NCBI GenBank assembly: GCA_001642005.1
Contig: LWCA01000137.1
Span: 1-48,484, forward strand
Source: Intoshia linei
Lineage: Eukaryota > Animalia > Orthonectida
Length of the DNA: 48,484 bases
Direction: 5' to 3'
A program made the translations under genes and the position numbers. Below the pieces are notes generated by a model. It had not been told where the DNA came from. It did no database searches and was given only the letters and a program-made list of their open reading frames with translations. Each line of letters starts with the position of its first letter. Position 1 is the first letter of the stretch. Positions 13,663 to 24,348 of the stretch are shown piece after piece.

Positions 13663-14064
13663 TCCTTACTTATATAATATGCTACGCAATATTTGTTTGT
13701 GTGTGTGTTTTCCTTTATTTCAATAACTACCAGTCTTAGAATTTTATAAAGTCCACATTTTAATTAACGTTTTTTCCGGGTGTTAGTAAGATAAATTTCA
13801 ACCTCCCAAACTCACATCTTACGGGTTAAAAACCCCAATTGTCCTTTTTTTGAAAATCAAACAAGTTGGAGAATTTAACAAAATATATATGCTGATTATA
13901 TCTTCAAATTCATTATTAGGGTTTAAAACCACAAATTACCCTTTTTTTATGAAAACAGCCCTAGAATTTAAAAAAATTTAAATGTCGTACAGTTGTATCC
14001 TGTTAACACACACAAAAAATTCAATCCGAATAAGTAACAACTTCACGGTTAAAAAAGCATTTAA
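13663..14064 (+). mobile_element. Non-autonomous Helitron-like element
   Basis: Starts A|TCCTTACTTATATAATATGC followed by a (TG/TTTG) microsatellite. No TIR or TSD. Close copies at 28680, 32599 and 22838 (minus). Other copies end ..TTAG|T. Confidence 0.65.
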
Positions 14065-14556
14065 TATAAAAATATTTGAATTATAGAATATACAGACAGT
14101 GAAAGGGTTAAAATGTCTATTTTAGCAAAAAAAAGAAAACAAAAAAATTTTTTTGATAGAAAGGTCGATGCGCAGTTATTTCTGGAAAGTTAAATAAAAA
14201 TATTATCATTAAATTAAAAGTCAACCTTAACAAACAAAACATTTTCTAAATTGAAAAATTCTGTTTATCTCATACTTTATCTATATCATAAATTATTATA
14301 ATACCAAAAATTAGATTAAAAAAAGTACATAATCAATGTTTTTAGGGGGTGATAACCTTGAAAAATTTAAATTTTTTTTTTTGTAGATGGTGATGATACA
14401 AAAAAGGTTTAAGCAGACCTGGTTTAGATTCTTAAACTTTACAATCACTAAAAATTAGTGATTTGTTCACCATCAAAAACATCATTGATTTGATATCAAA
14501 ATTTAATTTAGTTACCACCTTTTACTGGCCCGTAAAAGTAAAAAGATTAGAAAATT

Positions 14557-16155
14557 CTAGTAATTTTGAAGATCACTCTTAAATCCACAAAATCCTTTTT
14601 CAAATGATATAAATTTTGTCTGGGTGGTTGGTAAAAATTAAATAATTAAACTTACATAGCTTTCAATGTATAGAGAAACATAATAAAAGACGTAAACTAA
14701 AACATCAGATTCTCCACTTCGAGTATAATACAAATCGTCGTCCAATTTCGAATAAAGAGATGTCATTGATACGTCACATTGAAACTAAAATAATACATTA
14801 AATTTTAATTGTTAAATTTTAACATTATTAATGTTTAAAACAACAAAAAAAGTATACATTTGTTTTCGAAGAATTCAATTCCAGAGATTGAATGGATGTT
14901 TGTAATAAACTGTTAAAACTTGTTTCATTTTGAGACAGTTTCAATTCAGTTTCAAAATTAAACCCAGATGAAAACTAAAATGGTCACTATTTAAACATAT
15001 TCCAACTGAAACATTACAAACATATTTTTAATTAAATGAATTGAATCGATAATAAAATATTCAAAGTCCGAATCGGTAATTCGAAAAGAAATGTTGCCTA
15101 AATCCAGTTCAGATATAATTCGTTTTATTGAAAGATTTTGCTGTTTAGGGTGCATTGATAAAACATCTTTAGTCAGAACTTGAATTTTCTTGCAGGTTCC
15201 ATACGTTACAATTAGTGACTTGACCGTTCTAGTCAACTAAATTAATAAATTCTTAAAATTATATGTATGGCTACCAGCACCCATTGCAATGTGTCAATCA
15301 AAGCATACATTTTAAACATTAGCAATAGTTTGTATACAATGTTATTACAGTCAGACCGACAGAATACTGAATAAATAGATTTTTATGTAACAGATTAGTG
15401 AGTCAAGGAGTACGATAAATACAGATTAAAACATTCTGGGACTGGTGGGTAATTACACGGTTGAATATTACCGTTTTTAAATGTAAAACATTGCAGGAAT
15501 CTTCTAAGCTGTAATTAGCTGCTAAATAAAATATATATTAATATGATTTACCTTGATTAAAAGCATCAATTTTATTTTTTTCAAAATACTAAAAATTTTT
15601 TTAATTTTAATTTTACAATAAAAAATTCAAGATACCTTCAACAAGTAATTGAGAAAAATCACATTTATTTTAATTCCAAAACCGAGATTTTCAAATAAAT
15701 TTAAAAATTTGAAAAATATTTCAGTTTTTTCGAAATTTACTTTTGGATTTAATGAACAATTCGAAACAATAGAATCAATTTTACGTGATGAAATTGAAGA
15801 TAACCAGAAATGCATTAGCTGTAATATAAATATTAATACAATATACAACAAATTAAAAATAGTTGGATGGATAAATTAAAATTTATAAATACTTTTAATC
15901 GAATTTCCGAATTTTCCATCACTTCTATGAAATGGCAAATAATACTGGACAGGGCTGGCTTGAACATTGATTTGTACATTTCTCTGTTATTGAATTTAAT
16001 AAAACACACATATTAATATACAGTCTATATTTGTTACAAAAATATTGAGAATTTGAAATGTTCATATTCAAATACTTTTGGTCAGATTGATTCAAAATGT
16101 GATTCGAAATTATATTCATTATTATTAGTTGATTTTTAGCTACTGATAATGTAGC
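14557..16155 (-). CDS. Orphan multi-exon protein-coding gene (3' ~10 exons; 5' exons probably further right, e.g. 19336-19670)
   Basis: Nine consecutive short GT-AG introns chain in frame: ATLSVAKNQ..RL|EMYKSMFKPAL..RLK|LMHFWLSS..LLK|YFEKNKIDAFNQ|AANYSLED..|LFCRSDC..WVL|LTRTVKS..|FSSGFNFE..|FQCDVS..ESY|TKFISFEKGFCGFKSDLQNY*. No family recognised. Confidence 0.7.
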
Positions 16156-17039
16156 CTAAATTAGAATTAATATAAACATACGAAAATGATATTAAAAATA
16201 AGTTTCAATCATATCAGGGTTGCAAAGTTTTTTTAGATTCCATGTGAAATTTAGACTCTACGGAAAACTCAAAGAAAATTGCAAATGTAATGCATAGATT
16301 ACATTTTATTTATAATTTGGTCAAAGATTCCATGGTTTATATGAGTTTTAATTTGAGTCATTTTTTGATTTACCTAGGAATGAAGGAATAGAAACTTAAT
16401 TGTGTATTTTTATAAGGTTTAATTTGAGTCATGAAAATAATCTTAATGAATTATTTATGAGGAGTTTAAGTGTTTGAAACTACAATAATTAAAATCAAAA
16501 CCTAAACTTTTCTAAGTTGAGAAAACAAAAAGATAAAAGCGCGCTCGAGACTTATTTTAAAGGTGTCATCTTTTCAATCACATTCTCATTTATATCTCAA
16601 AAATGAACACCTAGCACTATAATCGCTAAACCACTGTTCTTATAACAATATCGCCGGTATACGTTAATTATGAGGCAGCTAATAATTTTGAATAATTAAA
16701 TATACGAAATTTAAGTTGTGTCAATAAACAATACTTGAATAAGTTACTAGGCACAAGCAGATGATTAAACAAAACATTACCATAGATTATTAGAATACTC
16801 AAAATTTTGTCTAAATATAAAATAAAATTATCGATAAAACTGTTAAAATCCCACTTTGCAATAAAAAAGCGATTTCATATACTGTATTGTCATAAAATAC
16901 ACCTATATTAAAACACAATAATCCCCAAATATTAATTTATAATCTAAAATTGTAAAATATTCATCTAAATAAATTATGTTAATTTTTACATGTAAGATAG
17001 AATTATTTATACTTAAATAAAATTTTTAACATTATCTTC

Positions 17040-17190
17040 AATTACCTAAGCGACACTGCGTAGATCATTAAGGATGTGGTGTTAGGGTAAGATCGGCATT
17101 GCACAACGCTTGATTGACCCCTACAACTTTGCACAAGGTGCTTAGTTGAGTTTATAATTTATGTGTGAAGGGATAGCGTTCGCGCATCCC
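17040..17190 (+). ncRNA. U1: U1 snRNA, variant copy (5' end AAUUACCUA)
   Basis: Loop I GATCATTAAG (U1-70K site), loop II ATTGCAC (U1A site), Sm site AATTTATG and terminal GCG-TTCG-CGC hairpin. Collinear with the copy at 21792, stems preserved. Confidence 0.9.
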
Positions 17191-17587
17191 CATTTGGAAT
17201 TAAAAAAGATTAAATTAGCTAATTGAAACTAGAATGTTTTGAATTTGATTAGATCTAATTCTCATAATTCATTCACGTTTCAAAAATTGAAAGCAAAACA
17301 TAACTACGGTATTTTAGCATCAGTGGTTGTCCACATTTTTCAGTGTATCGACCTTTAATTATTTTATAATTAGTGGACTACTTCTATAAAATCTTAATCG
17401 TACGCTATCTTATAAATCGATACTTGTATTTTTTTATAAAATTTTTGACCATAGTTTTTTCAATTAAAAATAGTTATTATACAACTGTTTTAAAGTACAC
17501 TTCTTTTGTACTCCTCTTTACTCTTTCAGCTAAAATTTTGATAATATAATAAAACCAGTGCAAATTTGAATCGAAAAAGGTGTTGAC

Positions 17588-17777
17588 CAATGATGTTCAA
17601 CCGTTTTGTGTTCGCGACCCCCTTATAAACATAAAATTCTATATACTCCAAACAGCTTATCAATTCACATAAATGAAAATATTAAAAAAGCATACTCAGT
17701 TTATTCATATTTTATACTGTGTTCAAATTCTCACGACCCCCCTGATAAATTTCGCGACTCCCAGTTGATAACCACTG
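17588..17777. mobile_element. hAT-type MITE
   Basis: Ends CAATGATGTTCAAC ... GTTGATAACCACTG, subterminal CGACCCC repeats, degenerate 8-bp flanks gtgttgac/gggtagac. Related CAGTGGTT ends occur at ~9056, ~12010 and 17321. Confidence 0.55.
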
Positions 17778-19335
17778 GGGTAGACTGTAAAAATCATTAA
17801 CGTTTTAATTAATGATTGCATGTTAAAAAAAATATAAATAAACATTACGATCACTGATGTAAGAAAACGAAAACGTTAATCAAATGACTATTTCTCAAAT
17901 TGATTCACGATATTATTTTTCTTATAAATTGCATATATGTAATACATATACATTTATAATAATTTTAATTAATAAAATGATATATGAAACAATAAAAATG
18001 GAATAAGTGTAACAATAATGTTAAAATTGTAATAATGAATAAATCATAAAAAATATATGAAAAAACTATAAAATAAAAAATATGTGTAAAAAATTGTTAT
18101 AAAAAATAAAAATTTATATTATAACGCGGGCCGCATAATTGACACCCCTGGTCTTGACACTGATAAGTTACTCAGAGAGATTTGACGAGTAAATTCAATT
18201 GCATTTTTATTCATTAAAGTAGTGTGTCCATAAGTACTCATAGCTACCATAGATAATTTTAGTCAATATTTTACTTGTAATTTTTCACATTCTTATCTTT
18301 ATTGATAACTTAATTATTGAAGATATTGTTCATTTTAATCGATGTAAAATTGTCACGTAGTTTTGTAAAATAGTCTAGTGATGTATTTTTTTCGTTGCCC
18401 CAAATATTTACTGTGTACCACTAAGGGGTCCACATGGATCCCCTTCAGAACCACTGGTATATATTATACAATATATATTTTAATTTTTATCACCTCAACG
18501 TCTCCGCAAATTTTTATCTAAATCTAATGTAAATATTTTTGATTAATTATTATACTTTTTCCGATCCTGCTCTTAATTTTTAAAATTTTGTCAAAATATA
18601 TTTAGTCTTAGTCTACAGATTTTTCATAAAAATCATAAATAAACTACATTGTATTATATATGTATTGAATTTATTTTTTTGGTAGAATAAAAAAATTCCA
18701 CCCTAACCAGAGCTAGGTGTGTTTGTATCAAGTAACAGTCAACGTAGTACAAAATAAAATTACATCATCAGATGCCAACCTTTCCCTAAAGAACATATCT
18801 ATTAGTGCCTAAATTGGAATAAAAATTGTATACAAAAATTATACATAAATAAAGAAAGCACTGTATTCGATGTTTTTGTCCACCGATAAAACATTACTAC
18901 TGACATTCAAGTAACTAAGTGGCCAAATTTTGGTACGGTTGACACTAAATATAATAATAGATTAGCTTCAATGATGAAAGTAGAAATAGATAAAATGTCG
19001 ATACGATTACTGTTTGCAATTTCTCGAGAAATACAAAAAAAATAAAATTTTTTATTTATCAAAAAACTAAAATTAGTGAATAGTAATTTATTCAAAAATT
19101 TAAATATTTTTGTAATAATGAAGGGTTACAATGTGTAATAACAGATTATTTTTATTTATATTAATCATCACAAAAAGGTGAAAACCTCGAAATGATTATT
19201 CAAAAAAAAATGGGATTCCCAAACTTTCCCAACTTGAGAAACACGCACTTTGTCCGCCCATAACCCATACCATTCACAAATTTACCGTACCGATTATAAT
19301 TTCGATAATATTCCATATTCGTTAAAATAAATTAC

Positions 19336-19670
19336 CTTTTATTGGGGAGTATATTAATTGGTCCATTTTGTGGTAAAATAAAATATAAATATTCTTTAAA
19401 TATATGCATGACATTATTTGATATTTTCTAAAATAGATATATAAAAATCATAAATATTATTACCTCAGACGATATTACTGCATTATAAACAAGTAAAAAG
19501 CATTTTAAAACAAAATATTCAATAGAATCTAAAGTAATACAAATAAATAATATAATAATTTGATAATTTTGAAAGGCTTCGTTATAATTATTAATTAATA
19601 TTAATACATTTGTATCTTTTTTAAACATGAAGGTTTTGTTTATCAAGAACATAGTACTCTTTTCTGATTG
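19336..19670 (-). CDS. Probable upstream exons of the orphan gene
   Basis: ...NAVISSE|gtaata..tag|KISNNVMHIFKEYLYFILPQNGPINILPNK..|gtaatt: a short intron joins two open frames. The link to 16155 is not resolved. Confidence 0.4.
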
Positions 19671-21106
19671 GTTATTTAATAACAAAATCGTTTATCATAT
19701 TCTGAATTATATAGTTTGCTTTCCAAAGTGCAGGTACACGGACCACCATACATGTCAGTATGACAAAAATTTGAAAAAAGTAACAAAGTTAATATTGTTA
19801 ACAACAACATTCTAAGTGACCTGCAAAAAAATATTGTCAAATTAACGAATAGTCATATAAAAGTTTGTACACACCTAAAAGAGATTTCGTTAAATATACT
19901 GCTGGAAAACCTATAAGGCCAAAACCGACCGGTTTTCATACGATAAGAGAAACAAAATATTGGCTCATTATCACGAATTAGACAACAATGCTATTTTGGA
20001 GTCATTATAATTTCGAATGAATAAAAATCCGATGTATGCTTCATTAATGTTACAGTTAAACTCTCAAAAATACACAAAAATACTTTATGACATCTTGCTA
20101 CACTATAAACACAAATTTAGTATATTCCAAAAAGATAATCAATTGTGCTTTGTAACACTAATTTTGTAACTAAATAACACTAATTGTAATTGAAAAAAAT
20201 AATATTTCACTTTTGGAATGGCCCGCCTAAACTCTGGACCTAAATCAAAAAAGACTAAATATTTAAGGTGAAATATCTACTCATCATTAAATAGATATTT
20301 GTTTATATTTTTACTTGGATTACCTGTTTTTAGGGAATTCTTATAATTTGATTTAGATTTTTTTTTCTAGATCGTCTTCAAAAGTTATTCCACTTTTAAA
20401 ATTTTTAGATATTTACATGACTACTTTAACCCAAATGAAACTTAAATGAATAAGTTCATTAATTATTTTGTCAGATTTTTTTGTGGTGGATCTCTGAATA
20501 ACATTAATATGTATTTATATCATTACTTAATATAAAATTTTAATAAATTATAACAATATTCCAACAATTTGTTTGTCAATTGAATCGTCCATCATTATTT
20601 TAATTTTTTCAGTTTATTTCTTAATTTTCATGTTAAAATAAAAAATTCTCTATGGCGGTTGATCTGAACAAACCGACCAGTTAAGTGTAAAAAGTAGCTA
20701 ATGAATAAACCCTTCAATATTCTTTAATTTTATTAAGTTATCTCAAAAAATCAATTTAACTAGTCATAAATTTTAATAATTCCTGATGACAGACATAAAA
20801 TTACAAAATCAAAAATCCAACGCAAAATAACCCATAAATTAACAAATTTTTTTTTAAAAATCATATTTTACATATTTATATTAATTTACAGATCCATAAA
20901 ACACTTTTTTTGATCAAAATATACATTTTAATCATTATAATCCTAGTAGTGAGTAGATAAATATTAATTTAAAATTATCCGGTTACCTGGAATTAAAGTT
21001 TCATTTTATCAAACCGTGTAATATATAATATAAAAAAATATACCTAATTTAATATAAACTTGATAAATATCAGAATTTTTATTATTTGAAGATTTATAGG
21101 TAGTTT

Positions 21107-21479
21107 TCATTGAAAATAGATTTGGATTTTTTCTTTTTTCCCAAGATTTCATCCATACAGGAATCTAAACAATATTACTACAACAAACAAAATTGAATAA
21201 CCATCAAATCGCTTATATCAAGAATAAATTCTTGATCAACGTCAAGTTGAGCCATTTTATAAATGTCTGAATTTGGTAACAAATCTTTGATTTTCTTGAC
21301 ACTCGACTGGGAAAAATCAAATATATTGTTATCATCACGCCAAATGCTATTATTCAACGCAAAACTATTGTCGATAATGGATTTCAGTTTATCTGATTCA
21401 TTCTAAAAATAATTAATTTTAATTAATAATTGTTCATTACCTTTGGAACACTTTCTTTGAAGCTATTCATATGCATCAT
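21107..21479 (-). CDS. Small 3-exon orphan ORF (~100 aa), or the 5' end of the orphan gene
   Basis: MMHMNSFKESVPK|gtaatg..tag|NESDKLKSIIDNSF...DISDLM|gttatt..tag|IPVWMKSWEKEKIQIYFQ*. Both introns are typical ~37-nt ones. Confidence 0.45.
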
Positions 21480-21791
21480 TCAAATAATAGCAATTATAAG
21501 TTGAATTTATTGAAATTAAATTTATCACTGTTACTATAGAATAAAATTAACGAAAAAATATTTTGTATTCTGAACTGATATGACTAGTACAAGATGATTT
21601 CCTATTAATTCAACTCAGCGACTAAATTTTATAGTGTAGTTTAGATTATATTCATATAAATTAATTTGAAAGTTATCTTGTTTGTCAATTTTAGTTTTTT
21701 TTCAAAAAATATAATTGTGCATAAATTATGCAGTGTATTTTTTAAAGATGAAAATAAACTTAATTTAACTAGAAATAAATACTTGTTTGTT

Positions 21792-21944
21792 ACTTACCTG
21801 GAGCAGCATTATGCAGATCATTAAGAGTGTGGTGCCAGGGTAAGATCGACATTGCACACCGTCAGATTGACCCCTGCAACTTGGCACAAGGTGCCTTGTT
21901 GGGCTTACAATTTATGTATGATGGGATTGCGTTCGCGCATCCCT
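21792..21944 (+). ncRNA. U1: U1 snRNA, canonical-type copy
   Basis: ACTTACCTGG 5' end, loop I GATCATTAAG, loop II ATTGCAC, Sm site AATTTATG and terminal GGGAT-TGCG-TTCG-CGCA-TCCC stem-loop IV. Confidence 0.96.
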
Positions 21945-22399
21945 ATTTAAAATAATGATAGAGTTTTTTACTATTGTAACTTTTAGTGTACTAGAATGAA
22001 TTTATACTAATAAAATTGTATTATTAAAAAAGTTTATTGAATATTTTTTATGTAACATTAATAATATCTTAAGTCTTGATTTGTTAGATATTTAAAATCA
22101 TAAAACAAAGCTCTTATTTTGATTTTTGATGTGTCTATTATTTTGATCCTTTACTTATACTTATATAAAAACTAGGTTGACTGTTATGTAATACATACAA
22201 ACAGCACCTAGCTTTGTCGGGGCCACATTTTTATTATACCAAAAAAATAAAATCAGCTTAAAAATCCTACTATTAACTATTATCAACCCTTAAAAGGAGT
22301 GGTTCCTAAATTTGTTTCAGGTTGGACCATCATATCACATTACTTTTACTTTAAAGTGAATTATTCCATTTTTATTTTTTGTTTGCGTATTGATGCACT

Positions 22400-22838
22400 T
22401 GAATTGAATACAAAAACAATTGTTGGATTAAAATTTTTTATGTGTGTTAACAAGATACAACTGTACCACCTGTAAATTTTTATACAAATTCTAAGGTTGT
22501 TTTCAAAAAAAAAGGAATATGAATTTGAGGTTTTGGCCCTAAAGATATAATTTTTTTAAATTTATAATAATGTTTATGATTTTAAAATCAGCATAAGCGT
22601 ATATATTTTTTTAAATTTTTCAACTCGTTTGATTTTCAAAAAGAGCAACAACTGGGGTTTTTGACCCGTAAGATGTGAAATTGGGAGGTTCAAATTTATT
22701 TATTAATACGTCCCAGAAAAAAACTGTAATTGAAATGTGGTCTTTAAAAAATTCTATGAGTGGTAGTTATTTGAATAAAGTCACACACATAGATAGACAC
22801 ACAAACAAAAATCGCGTAGCCTTTTATATAAGTTAGGA
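22400..22838 (-). mobile_element. Non-autonomous Helitron-like element, reverse copy
   Basis: Reverse-complement homologue of 13663-14064; 5' end TCCTAACTTATATAAAAGGCTACGC at 22838. Confidence 0.65.
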
Positions 22839-24348
22839 TTAATGTGTGTCATCATTCTGTGTTATCGTTTATTTAAAAAATTGACACTGGTATTATTTAA
22901 AAAACTCAAAATCTAATACTTTTTTTTCCTAGCCGTGTTTATTATAAACTTTATTTTTTTTTAGTTTTTGAATTTAAATCCTTAAGGGTCAAAATCCAAT
23001 TTCCCTTTTTCTTTAAAAAAAATCAGCCCAAAAATTTAATAAAACAAATTCTGGGAGGTGTTTTAAAATCATTAATATTATAGTAAATATCAGCTTTACA
23101 AACGCATATCTTTATGGTCAAAACCACCAATTACATTTTGTTTTAAAAATGTTTTAAAATTCTGGGATAGTTTTTAAAATAATAGGCATTTAAATCAATG
23201 GCAATCTTAAAAAAATGTATTTTTATTACCAAAATTCCAGATTGCCCTTTTTATAAAAATTTAAAATAATCCTAGAATTTTAAATAAATGTCAGCTGATA
23301 CACTGTATCATTGTTTTCACTGTATCATACAGTGAAAATAAATCGACGTATATCGAAAATATCTAACGAATCGCGCTATGAATCTATGTTTAAGCTGTTT
23401 ATTTTCATTTCAAAAATTATCATTTTTGAAATTTTTTTAATCTCCATCTTTAATCAAAAAAGCGCGCTAAAGAATCAAAGGAATAATTATTTTATATAGT
23501 ATACTGTCTATAACTTGTCATTCTTGGGTTTCGAAAAAGTTGGCGAGATAGAGAAAATAAAACTATAGAAACAATACGATGAAGTTAACGATATTAATTA
23601 ATAAATACTTTTAACGGATCACATTTACTAATTATTTCATCGTTTTCAGTATATTCAATGTTTATTCTTCTTTCAAGATGGGGTCATGAATATTTAGCGA
23701 CTTTATGTAACATTTGTAGTCAGGTATTTTTTTATAATTTATATACCTATTCTGATTATTATGTAAATGTTTAAAACGATACAAAATGGTTTATTGCATT
23801 ACTTTTATTTTGGATAGATCCGCAAATATAATGGTATCTCTTAAGGTTAATTTTTTATAAGCATCATATACAGATTCACCTTTTTCAAAATAAATGATAA
23901 TTGTCATTAAAATATTTTTTTTATTAAAAATTAATGGCGAGTTATAGAGAGAATACTGTACTCTCAATATGATTACATATTTTTACCATTCTCCAACAGA
24001 ATTTAAAGTACAAAGAAATCAAAAAAATGAATACTAAATTGTTTTTTTTACAGTAAATGTCAAAATGAAAATTTTTTGCGTGTTATAACTGTATCAATAG
24101 TAATTTTTTTTAAATATTATGGAACAAATAAATAAAAATACATTTTTAACTAAATGTAAATTACTGTATACAAGTAAGGAATCCTACTTATATTATGTTA
24201 AAATCTTATATATCTTGTAAAAAAAACTGTGACATGATATATTTTTGTCGTTTGTTTTAATTTACGTTATTTACTTGGTTTAATAGAAAATGGTTATATA
24301 AAAGCTGAGAAATATCTATGGAATATATAAACAAACAAAACATTGATA

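Noticed and set aside
21040-21165. Possible in-frame TGA read-through (..IYFQ*KLPINLQ.. runs on to a donor-like site)
   Set aside because: Single case in an orphan model. Conserved genes here use TGG for Trp and show no internal stops, so an ordinary stop codon is simpler.
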